Assembly (NCBI GenBank): GCA_027624915.1
Contig: JAQBTR010000001.1
Span: 35,609-99,608, forward strand
DNA length: 64,000 nt
DNA from: a bacterium
GTDB lineage: Bacteria > Patescibacteriota > Minisyncoccia > Ryanbacterales > GWA2-47-10b
Reading direction: 5' to 3'
In this document: positions 55,503 to 64,000 of the stretch, piece after piece
How positions within the stretch are numbered: position 1 is the first letter of the stretch
How the letters are laid out: each line of letters opens with the position of its first letter
Translations under genes and position numbers: made by a program
Notes under the pieces: generated by a model
What the model was told of the DNA's origin: nothing
Database searches by the model: none
What the model saw: only the letters and a program-made list of their open reading frames with translations

Positions 55503-58500
55503 ATGCATGATGAGCATGAGGTCCTTGGATTTTGGGCCCAGCGGAAGATATTCGAGAAGAGTATCAAACAACGCGGGGCGAAAGCCAAGCGTTTTGTTTT
55601 TTTTGAGGGTCCACCATATGCCAATGGTCTCCCTGGTATACATCACGTAGAAGCACGTGCTTTTAAGGATGTTGTTGCGCGCTACAAGACATTGCGTGGT
55701 TTTCGTGTTGAGCGTAGAGCTGGATGGGATACTCATGGTTTGCCAACGGAGATGGCAGTAGAAAAGAAGCTTGGCATCAAATCCAAGCGTGAGATTGAAG
55801 AAAGGATAGGTGTTAAGGCCTTTGTTCAAGCAGCTAGAGAGGACGTGTTTTTCTATAAAAGAGAGTGGGAGCGCATGACCGAGCGAATGGGGTATTGGCT
55901 CGATTTTAAAAATGCCTATGTCACCATGGATAACTCATACATTGAGTCTTTGTGGTGGATTATGAAAGAGTTTTGGGACAAAAAGCTTTTCTATGAGGAC
56001 AGAAAGGTTTTGCCGTGGTGCTCTAGGTGTGGAACGGGACTTTCTACACATGAAGTAGCGCAGGGTTACAAAAAAATTACAGAAACATCTGTTTATGTAC
56101 GATTTTATCTCAAAACACGCAGAGGAGTTCTCTTAGTGTGGACAACAACACCATGGACGCTTCCTGCCAACGTGGCAGCGGCTGTTGACCCCAAGGCAAC
56201 ATACGTAACCATTGATGACCGAGGCGAGAAGTTTATTTTGCATGAGAAGTTGGCGTCCAAGCTATTCCCTAGTGTTGAGCCACAGTTCAAAGAAAAGGGT
56301 AGCGACCTAGTTGGTCTTACGTACGACCCGCCATTTGGTCACGATGACATTCCTTATAAAGTAGTAGGTGCTGATTTTGTTTCAGACAAAGATGGAACGG
56401 GTATCGTACATATTGCACCAGCCTTCGGTGAGGACGATATGCGTGTTGCTAAAGATGAGGAGTTACCCGTTTTGATGACGGTAGATGACGAAGGAAAATT
56501 TAACGATGAAGTTCCACAATGGAAGGGACAGTTTGTAAAAGATGCTGACCCAGACATAATCAAAGACCTAAAGCAAAAGGGTATTTTGTGGCGCGAAGAA
56601 GAGTACGAGCATGATTATCCATTTTGTTGGAGATGTGATTCTCCGCTTATTTATCTAGCGCGCAAGTCCTGGTGGGTGAAAGTGAGCAGTATGCGCCAGC
56701 AATTAGTTGAGGCAAACAAAGAAATTAATTGGTACCCAGAATATCTCAAGGAGGGTCGCTTTGGACAGTGGATTAGTGAAGCAAAAGACTGGGCGTTTTC
56801 CAGAGAACGATATTGGGGGACACCAATTCCTGTTTGGCAGTGTACCGAATGTAACAATTCTGAAATGTTTGGTTCGGTAGAAGAGATGAAAAAGCGTACA
56901 AGGCCATCATTAAATAATTACTTTTTGATGCGTCATGGACTTGCCAAGTCAAATATGCTTGATATTGGTGTTGGCAATCCAAAAGACGATGTGTGGGGGA
57001 TTACCCCAAAGGGAAAACTTCAGGTTAAAAAAGCTATAACAAAACTTAAAAAAGAAGATATTGATTTGGTTATTTCTTCTGATCTTTTACGTACAAAAGA
57101 AACAGCACAGATGATTGCTAAGGAATTACATGTTCCTATTTTGTATGATGAGGATTTACGCGAGATGCAGTTTGGAGACTATGAGCGTAAAAATTCTCGC
57201 CCAATTATGGATGAGTGGGGTTTGACTGCCGAGCGACTCGATATGAAACTTCCTGGCATGGGCGCCGAATCATGGAACGATATTAAAGCACGTATGAATA
57301 AAGTCTTTAAGCGACTTGAGGAACTACATAAAAATAAAAATATTGTCCTTGTTGGCCACGGTGACCCACACTGGTTTTTGGAAGCTATTATGACGGGCTC
57401 ATCTGATCCAGAGGGTATTCCCGATGTTGCCGTCTATCCAACCAAGGGAGATTTTCATAAGGTTACACCTGTTTCTCTCCCTCGAGATGATAAGGGTAAT
57501 CTAGACTTGCACAAGCCTTTTATTGATGAGGTTAAAATCGATTGTACTCGCTGTCGAGCACCCATGCGCCGCACAATTGGAGTAGCTGATGTGTGGTTTG
57601 ATTCGGGCTCTATGCCGTATGCCGCATGGCACTATCCATTTGAGAACAAAGCACAAATCGACAAAAAGATTTCATTCCCAGCAGATTATATAGCAGAGGC
57701 AATCGACCAGACGCGTGGATGGTTTTATAACCTACTATCTGTATCTGTGCTCCTTGGAAAAGGTGCTCCATATAAAAATGTAATTTCACTCGGTCACGTA
57801 CTCGACAAAAAAGGTAAGAAAATGTCTAAGTCAAAGGGTAATGGAGTCAACCCAATGGATCTCTTCGAAAAGTATGGTGCCGATGCCGTTCGATGGTACT
57901 TCTTTACGGTGAATCAACCAGAGGATTCTAAGGTATTTGATGAACTTGATATACAAAAAGCAAAACGAAACTTTCTTGATCTATTAACAAACTCGGCCAA
58001 GTTCTACGAGATGTATAAAACAAGCAAGCGTACCACCAAGAAACACGTCCTTGATGAGTGGGTGCTTGCTCGTCTAGGCGAAGTTAGAGAAGACATGACC
58101 AAAAAAATGGATGAGTATGATATTGTTGGGGCCGCACGAGAACTCGAAAAATTTGTAGCAGAAGATATTTCTAGATGGTATTTGCGTCGTTCGCGTGAGC
58201 GTATGCGGACCGGACAAGGAGTGTCCATCCTACGAACGGTCTTGCTAGAGACGGCAATTCTTGCATCGCCCTTTGTACCGTTCACTTCAGAGATTCTCTA
58301 TACTTCTCTTGGTGGCAAATCAAAGAGCGTTCATTTAAGCGATTGGCCAGAAAAACGAGCTTCCACACGCAAACTATTAACTGACATGCAAGAAGTACGA
58401 ATGTTGGCAGCACGAGGGCTCGAATTGCGTTCCCGTTCGGGATTAAAAATTAGACAGCCCCTTGCATCATTCTCTGTAAAATCACGAAAGTTAAAAGAGA

Positions 58501-58820
58501 AAAAATTGTTAAATGTGCTTGCCGAAGAGCTTAACGTAAAAAATATTCTTATTGGTAAAAAAATAAAGGAGGACGTAGAGCTCGATACTGTTCTTACCCC
58601 AATCTTGAAAGAGGAGGGTGAGGTACGAGAGACTATTAGATTAGTACAGAACATGAGAAAGGAAGAGGGGCTTCATCCAAGAGACCTTATTATGCTTACT
58701 TTATCTGGAACATTTTCAAAGGTATCACTCAAAAGTATTAAGGATGGCGTGCATGCAAAAACGGTTACATTAAAAAATAAGACTGTGAAAGTCGAGATAC
58801 ATGGGATTACAAAAGTTTAA
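55503..58820 (+). CDS. ileS: Isoleucyl-tRNA synthetase (KMSKS type) carrying a ~190-aa in-frame histidine-phosphatase (PGAM-like) domain at aa ~466-660.
   Basis: HIGH region PPYANGLPGIHH; editing domain TTTPWTLPAN...GTGIVHIAPAFGEDD; KMSKS = KKMSKSKGN. Insert carries LMRHGLAKSN (RHG motif) and ...IVLVGHGDPHW... (second catalytic His). Confidence 0.9.
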   Translation: MHDEHEVLGFWAQRKIFEKSIKQRGAKAKRFVFFEGPPYANGLPGIHHVEARAFKDVVARYKTLRGFRVERRAGWDTHGLPTEMAVEKKLGIKSKREIEERIGVKAFVQAAREDVFFYKREWERMTERMGYWLDFKNAYVTMDNSYIESLWWIMKEFWDKKLFYEDRKVLPWCSRCGTGLSTHEVAQGYKKITETSVYVRFYLKTRRGVLLVWTTTPWTLPANVAAAVDPKATYVTIDDRGEKFILHEKLASKLFPSVEPQFKEKGSDLVGLTYDPPFGHDDIPYKVVGADFVSDKDGTGIVHIAPAFGEDDMRVAKDEELPVLMTVDDEGKFNDEVPQWKGQFVKDADPDIIKDLKQKGILWREEEYEHDYPFCWRCDSPLIYLARKSWWVKVSSMRQQLVEANKEINWYPEYLKEGRFGQWISEAKDWAFSRERYWGTPIPVWQCTECNNSEMFGSVEEMKKRTRPSLNNYFLMRHGLAKSNMLDIGVGNPKDDVWGITPKGKLQVKKAITKLKKEDIDLVISSDLLRTKETAQMIAKELHVPILYDEDLREMQFGDYERKNSRPIMDEWGLTAERLDMKLPGMGAESWNDIKARMNKVFKRLEELHKNKNIVLVGHGDPHWFLEAIMTGSSDPEGIPDVAVYPTKGDFHKVTPVSLPRDDKGNLDLHKPFIDEVKIDCTRCRAPMRRTIGVADVWFDSGSMPYAAWHYPFENKAQIDKKISFPADYIAEAIDQTRGWFYNLLSVSVLLGKGAPYKNVISLGHVLDKKGKKMSKSKGNGVNPMDLFEKYGADAVRWYFFTVNQPEDSKVFDELDIQKAKRNFLDLLTNSAKFYEMYKTSKRTTKKHVLDEWVLARLGEVREDMTKKMDEYDIVGAARELEKFVAEDISRWYLRRSRERMRTGQGVSILRTVLLETAILASPFVPFTSEILYTSLGGKSKSVHLSDWPEKRASTRKLLTDMQEVRMLAARGLELRSRSGLKIRQPLASFSVKSRKLKEKKLLNVLAEELNVKNILIGKKIKEDVELDTVLTPILKEEGEVRETIRLVQNMRKEEGLHPRDLIMLTLSGTFSKVSLKSIKDGVHAKTVTLKNKTVKVEIHGITKV

Positions 58821-58830
58821 CATATAGTAT

Positions 58831-59370
58831 ATGTCTCAGTATTATGGGACGGAGGCGATAATTCTTTTCTCTCGTGATTGGGGCGAGGGTGACCGTTTAA
58901 TAACCTTCTATACAAAGGACTTAGGGCGTATAGACGCAATAGCAAAGGGTGTTAACAGAGCAAAGTCAAAATTGCGTGGCCACCTTAATCTTTTTTCTCG
59001 CTTGCGTATCATGGTCACACCAGGGAGGGAGTACTGGAGACTTTTGGATGCTGAACAGACTCCTTTAGACGGCGTGCGTTATGGACTAGCTAGCAAAAAT
59101 GAATATGCAAGGTTTCTTGTACGAGTGTTAGCAGAATCAGCAAAAGACAATGAGGTCTGGCAAGTCCTCGATAGGTTTGAGGGGTTAAAAACTCGTAGCC
59201 AATTATTTTTTGAAAAAGTAAGAATATTAAAGGCTCTTGGACTCATGCCAGATACGGGTTTGATGTGCGCAAAAACATCACGCCGGATAGAGGAGGATGA
59301 TCATGAGGGCTTCATGCCGAGTGCGGGCGAAGAAGGGGTTCTTGAGAAAATTATCGCTCAAAATATATGA
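58831..59370 (+). CDS. recO: DNA repair protein RecO-like (short form).
   Basis: N-terminal OB-fold ...EAIILFSRDWGEGDRLITFYTKDLGRIDAIAKGVNRAKSKLRGHLNLFS... resembles the RecO N-terminus. Confidence 0.55.
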   Translation: MSQYYGTEAIILFSRDWGEGDRLITFYTKDLGRIDAIAKGVNRAKSKLRGHLNLFSRLRIMVTPGREYWRLLDAEQTPLDGVRYGLASKNEYARFLVRVLAESAKDNEVWQVLDRFEGLKTRSQLFFEKVRILKALGLMPDTGLMCAKTSRRIEEDDHEGFMPSAGEEGVLEKIIAQNI

Positions 59371-59382
59371 TATACTTGCCAT

Positions 59383-61281
59383 ATGCCACTTGATGACTTA
59401 CGGAGAAAATTATTTCGAAAGAGTTCGGATTTTTCACGTCGTACGAAAGAGCCTACCTTAGAAAAACATAAAGACAGTCCACCTGCATCGTGGGAGCATG
59501 AGACCCATGATGCTGCGGCTGCCATTGCATTGCGTAATCAAAAAATTGTGAAATGGGGACTTAGTATAGGTGTAGTTATTATAGTAGCGGGACTTTTAGG
59601 CCTGTTCTTTTGGTTTGGCGGTTTTGGAGGGAGTAATACACAAAAGTTATTGGAATTTAAAATAGAGGGCGGAGAGGAGGTAACCGCCGGACGGAAAGTC
59701 ATTTGGAAAGTTACGTATAACAACAAGAATCAGATAAATCTTGATGATGTAGTTATTACATTTCAGTATCCTGAAAATTCACAACCCTTGGTCGGACAAT
59801 TTTCTCAAAACGGATTAGGACGCGAAGTACGAAAACTTGGCAATCTGGAACCTGGTGAATCCGGTGAAGAAATTTTTTCAGCGCTCCTGTTTGGTGCTAA
59901 GGACCAGATTTTGACGGGACACGCAGTTATGGAGTATAGACCAGAAAGTTCATCAGCGCGTTTAACCAAAGATTCGGACTATTCTTCGCGTGTTGTCTCT
60001 ACACTTCTGGCGCTCGAACTTGATATACCAGAAGAGCTTAAGTCTGGTCAGGATGCTGACCTAACGCTTCGTGTTACAAATAGCTCTGAAACAGTGTTTC
60101 GTGGACTTACTGTTGGGCTCGAATACCCAGATGCCTTCGAGTTTATATTTTCACAACCAGAGGGAACTCGTGGAGATGGGCTCTGGAATATAGGAGATTT
60201 GGCGCCCGGAGCAGAATATATAGTTATTATTCGAGGACGGATTAAAGACTCGGCCTCAGCCGAGACATTCAGGTCTAAGGTTGGTATATATGATCGTATT
60301 GCAAATACACTTTCTGATTTTAATGAGATTGTACGATCATTCCAGACAACAGATGCTCTACTTGCCATACAGGCCTTTGTTGATCGAGGTGAAGAATTCC
60401 CTGGTGTTGTTGCTGCTGGGAGTAGAGTAGACGTAAGGGTTGTGTGGAAAAACAACCTACCAGTATCTATTTCTAATGTTGTTCTTGAGGTAGGTCTTCG
60501 TGGGATTGCAATTGAGCCAAGGTCAATTGATAGCCAGACTGGAGAATATTCGGCTCCAGCAAATTCTATGCGATGGATCCCAGGACGCATCCCTGAACTC
60601 TCTGTTATTGACTCTGGAGAGGAGGGCGAATTTACATTCCAGTTTAAGACAAAAGAGAATATACCTGTTACTGGTTTTTCTGACCGTGATTTCACAGTTG
60701 GTCTTGAGGGGCGCGTTGCCAGCTTTGATGTCCCATCAGGATATGAGGGTGTCGATATTTCAGGGCGTTCTTTTAAGGAATATAAAGTAGCAAGCAAAGT
60801 GACTCTTTTGCAGAAGGGTTTCTTCACGGATTCGCGTATAACAAATTCAGGTCCCATTCCACCAAAGGTGGGACAAGAGACAACATATCTTATCGTATGG
60901 TCGCTTCTCAATACTATTAGTGATATAGAAAATGTTGTCGTCCACGCGACCATACCTTCATATATACGATGGACTGGACGTGTCATTCCACCAGACCCAT
61001 CTCTTTCCTTTGATCCTGCAACGCGTGTTCTTGAATGGCGCCCTGGCGTAGTTCCCGCTGGAACAGGCCAGATACGACCAGCGAGAGAAGTAGCCTTTCA
61101 AATTGGACTAACTCCGTCGTTGCCACAGGTTGGAGATCGACCGGAGCTTATCTCTAAGGCAAAAATTACAGCAAAGGATTCGTTCGTAGAGACTCCGGTT
61201 GAGATAGAAGTCGCGAATGTAACTACGTTATTACCTGACGATACGGGTCCCGGCAAGGGTGGAGGCAGAGTTGAGGAATAA
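59383..61281 (+). CDS. Large membrane-anchored extracytoplasmic protein with ~4 DUF11-like beta-sandwich repeats.
   Basis: N-terminal cytoplasmic segment, one TM helix, then repeated modules (...VTAGRKVIWKVTYNN..., ...DADLTLRVTNSS..., ...SRVDVRVVWKNN..., ...QETTYLIVWSLLN...). Confidence 0.55.
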   Translation: MPLDDLRRKLFRKSSDFSRRTKEPTLEKHKDSPPASWEHETHDAAAAIALRNQKIVKWGLSIGVVIIVAGLLGLFFWFGGFGGSNTQKLLEFKIEGGEEVTAGRKVIWKVTYNNKNQINLDDVVITFQYPENSQPLVGQFSQNGLGREVRKLGNLEPGESGEEIFSALLFGAKDQILTGHAVMEYRPESSSARLTKDSDYSSRVVSTLLALELDIPEELKSGQDADLTLRVTNSSETVFRGLTVGLEYPDAFEFIFSQPEGTRGDGLWNIGDLAPGAEYIVIIRGRIKDSASAETFRSKVGIYDRIANTLSDFNEIVRSFQTTDALLAIQAFVDRGEEFPGVVAAGSRVDVRVVWKNNLPVSISNVVLEVGLRGIAIEPRSIDSQTGEYSAPANSMRWIPGRIPELSVIDSGEEGEFTFQFKTKENIPVTGFSDRDFTVGLEGRVASFDVPSGYEGVDISGRSFKEYKVASKVTLLQKGFFTDSRITNSGPIPPKVGQETTYLIVWSLLNTISDIENVVVHATIPSYIRWTGRVIPPDPSLSFDPATRVLEWRPGVVPAGTGQIRPAREVAFQIGLTPSLPQVGDRPELISKAKITAKDSFVETPVEIEVANVTTLLPDDTGPGKGGGRVEE

Positions 61282-61305
61282 TATACAATCTGATACCTTT
61301 CTTTT

Positions 61306-62601
61306 ATGGCAAATTTAGAAACAATTGTATCTCTTGCAAAACGCCGAGGATTTGTATTCCCCGGTTCTGATGTATATGGCGGTCTTGCAGGAACGTGGGA
61401 CTATGGCCCTTTAGGCACCTTGCTTAAGGAAAATATTAAGAAAGAATGGTGGGCCTCCATGTTGGAGCCACACATTTATCCATTGGACTCTGCAATTATA
61501 TCGACCAAAAAAGTCTGGGAGGCCTCAGGCCATTTAGAACATTTTTCAGACCCACTTGTTGAATGCAAAAAATGTAAAAAACGTTTTCGTGCTGACCATA
61601 TTGATGGTGACAACTGCCCCGAGTGTAAGGGCGAGCTTGGTAAAGCGCGAGAGTTTAACATGATGTTTAAAACTCATGCGGGAGCGGTAGAGGACGAAAG
61701 TGCTGAGGCATATTTACGACCAGAAACTGCTCAAGGCATTTTTATCAATTTCAAAAATGTCGTTGATGCTTTTCATCCAAAGATGCCGTTTGGTATAGCA
61801 CAAATTGGTAAGGCATTTCGAAACGAGATAACACCACGTAACTTTCTTTTTAGAGCACGTGAATTTGAGCAAATGGAACTCGAATATTTCTGTGATCCAA
61901 AAAATGCTGACCAATACTTTAGCGATATTCGTGAAATGCGCATGAAGTGGTTTTTGAAGCTCGGCATCAAGGAAAAAAATATTAAGTTTTATGATAATAC
62001 TGAGGATGAGCGATCCCACTATTCAGTAGCTACAACAGATATTCTATACAATTATGGGATTTCGGATGACGGGTTTGAAGAGCTTGAGGGTATCGCGAAT
62101 CGAACAGATTATGATTTAAAAAATCATTTCCCAGGTCACAATTGGACTGGTGAGGATTTTTTGGAGGACAAAGATGGTTTTGTTCCTTATATTATAGAGC
62201 CATCACTTGGTGTAGATAGGGCATTTCTTGCCTTCATGATGGATGCATATGATGAAGATGAGATTGGTGGAGAGAGGCGAGTAGTGTTGAGACTTCACCC
62301 AAAACTTGCCCCGTTCAAGGTTGCCGTGTTCCCACTTGTTAAAAATAAGGAAGAGATTGTGGGAAAGGCAAAAGAAGTTTTTGATGACTTACGTAAAAAA
62401 TTTATGTGCCGATGGGATGATAGCGGTAATGTAGGCAAGCGCTATCGCCGACAAGATGAAATTGGTACACCGTGGTGTGTAACAATAGACTATGAAACGC
62501 TCGAAGAAGGAACTGTGACAGTACGTGATAGAGATACCGCAAAGCAAGAAAGAATCAAAACTGAAGACCTGAACTCATACTTTCAAGAAAAATTGAGTTA
62601 A
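61306..62601 (+). CDS. glyQS: Glycyl-tRNA synthetase, homodimeric class II type.
   Basis: ...RRGFVFPGSDVYGGLAGTWDYGPLGTLLKENIKKEWW... plus class II motifs; 431 aa. Confidence 0.9.
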   Translation: MANLETIVSLAKRRGFVFPGSDVYGGLAGTWDYGPLGTLLKENIKKEWWASMLEPHIYPLDSAIISTKKVWEASGHLEHFSDPLVECKKCKKRFRADHIDGDNCPECKGELGKAREFNMMFKTHAGAVEDESAEAYLRPETAQGIFINFKNVVDAFHPKMPFGIAQIGKAFRNEITPRNFLFRAREFEQMELEYFCDPKNADQYFSDIREMRMKWFLKLGIKEKNIKFYDNTEDERSHYSVATTDILYNYGISDDGFEELEGIANRTDYDLKNHFPGHNWTGEDFLEDKDGFVPYIIEPSLGVDRAFLAFMMDAYDEDEIGGERRVVLRLHPKLAPFKVAVFPLVKNKEEIVGKAKEVFDDLRKKFMCRWDDSGNVGKRYRRQDEIGTPWCVTIDYETLEEGTVTVRDRDTAKQERIKTEDLNSYFQEKLS

Positions 62602-62629
62602 AAAGAGGAGCGAGACCCCTCTTTTTCTT

Positions 62630-63928
62630 TTGTCTAATTTTAGCTATACTCGGTATATGAAATTTAAGAAAAAGACATTCAAAAATGGTCTGCGCGCTAT
62701 AGTAGCCCCCATGCCCTCTACAGAGACCGTATCAATAATGGTTCTTGTTGGAACTGGTGCAAATTATGAAAATCTTGATAATAATGGCCTTTCTCACTTT
62801 CTTGAGCATATGTTTTTTAAAGGGACGAAAGACTTCCCAAAACCAGGAGAGCTTGATCGTGGATTGGATGCAGTTGGTGCGATTCACAATGCTTTTACGT
62901 CCCGCGAAGAGACGGCTTACTGGATTAAGGCTGATGCAAAAAAGTTTGATTTAACACTCCACTTTGTTTCAGATATTTTACAAAACGCACTCATCAAGCA
63001 AGAAGAAATTGATAAGGAGCGTACGGTTATTTTGCAGGAGATGAAAGTTTGGGCAGACAATCCGATCAACGATATTTGGTCTCACGTAGAGGCGTTAATA
63101 TATGGAGATAATTCATATGGCTGGCAGGTAATTGGAACCCCAAAAAATATTAAAACAATGGGTCGTGCTAAGTTTATGAAGTACTGGAAGAGTCAGTACG
63201 TGGCGTCTAACACGGTCGTTGTGGTAGCCGGAAATGTAAATGAAGAACAGACATTCCAAAAAATTGAAAAAGCTTTTGAAAACCTTAGAGTTGGTAAACA
63301 TGAAAAAGAGTCAGCATTCAAAACTCCAAAGCCAGGACCACGAACTGCAATAATAGAGCGAGAGACAGAGCAGTCCCACGTTGTTGTTGCAGCTCTTGGG
63401 TATGGAGAAAATCACAAAGATCGTTTAACGGCAGATGTACTAGGTACTATTCTTGGTGGGTACATGAGTTCGCGATTATTTGAGGATATCCGCGGCAAGC
63501 TTGGTTTGGCCTACGTTGTACGAGCTGGTCATGATTCATACAGACAAACAGGTTTTTTTGGGGCTTATGCAGGAGTTCTTACAGAAAAGAGACATGAAGT
63601 TATTGAGCGCATTGTTGGCCACTTAAATCGAATTAAACGAACAGGCCCTACAAGTGAAGAGGTCACGCGTGCAAAGGAGAACATCAAGGGTACTATGGCA
63701 CTCGCCCTTGAATCTACAGATAAGGTGGCACTCTTCTTGGGCGGACAGGAGATTTTGCATGGCAAGATTAAGAAGCCGGAGGACATAAAGAAGAAACTAG
63801 ACAAAATAACGAAAGCAGACCTTCAGCGGGTAGCAAAGGATCTCTTTAAGCCAGAGAATCTATATCTTACAATCATTGGCCCTCGCACCGACAAGGATGA
63901 TTATGATACAATATTGAATGAGGTATAA
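62630..63928 (+). CDS. M16-family zinc peptidase (pitrilysin-like). The start may instead be the MKFKKK... ATG at 62657.
   Basis: Inverted zinc motif HFLEHMFFKGT (HxxEH) and a downstream Glu; 432 aa. Confidence 0.85.
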   Translation: MSNFSYTRYMKFKKKTFKNGLRAIVAPMPSTETVSIMVLVGTGANYENLDNNGLSHFLEHMFFKGTKDFPKPGELDRGLDAVGAIHNAFTSREETAYWIKADAKKFDLTLHFVSDILQNALIKQEEIDKERTVILQEMKVWADNPINDIWSHVEALIYGDNSYGWQVIGTPKNIKTMGRAKFMKYWKSQYVASNTVVVVAGNVNEEQTFQKIEKAFENLRVGKHEKESAFKTPKPGPRTAIIERETEQSHVVVAALGYGENHKDRLTADVLGTILGGYMSSRLFEDIRGKLGLAYVVRAGHDSYRQTGFFGAYAGVLTEKRHEVIERIVGHLNRIKRTGPTSEEVTRAKENIKGTMALALESTDKVALFLGGQEILHGKIKKPEDIKKKLDKITKADLQRVAKDLFKPENLYLTIIGPRTDKDDYDTILNEV

Positions 63929-64000
63929 TAAAATAACGGGATGAATCAAAACAGGCAGCCAGCGACAAAAATAACGGTTTCAACCGGAACACTTGTCCGG

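Overview
This 64 kb window looks like a small, AT-rich bacterial chromosome segment, probably Candidate Phyla Radiation / Patescibacteria. The call rests on three observations: compact gene spacing, no L30 gene between S5 and L15, and Zn-ribbon forms of S14 and L24. The first 15.6 kb is the conserved str/S10/spc ribosomal cluster: fusA (5' truncated), tuf, rpsJ, rplC through rplO, secY, adk and map. After map the canonical infA-rpmJ-rpsM-rpsK-rpsD-rpoA-rplQ genes are missing. In their place is ruvX, a GT2 glycosyltransferase, galT, tpiA and pgk, followed by a mixed accessory stretch. That stretch contains two membrane paralogs, a TrpR-like regulator bracketed by identical palindromes, a RecB-family PD-(D/E)XK nuclease and RNase HI. 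It also contains a ComEC split into two genes, an MFS transporter, a sensor kinase with no adjacent response regulator, and a large repeat-rich surface protein. Further genes are ndk, a beta-CASP MBL ribonuclease, a LOG-like protein, UDG family 4, NUDIX, rplT-rpmI-infC, a ZIP transporter and PIN-PhoH. A GC-richer minus-strand cluster of unknown small proteins follows, then obg, a CrtI-like oxidoreductase, a tmRNA gene (ssrA, not in the ORF track) next to smpB, argS, a cyclophilin, ileS, recO, a DUF11-like surface protein, glyQS and an M16 peptidase. The most notable observations are an ileS gene carrying a complete in-frame histidine-phosphatase (PGAM-like, RHG motif) domain insertion, a three-copy ~95-nt hairpin-forming intergenic repeat family, the palindrome-flanked regulator-nuclease module, and the split ComEC. 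No CRISPR array, rRNA or tRNA gene was found. All functional calls are motif-level readings of the translated ORFs; no database search was run.
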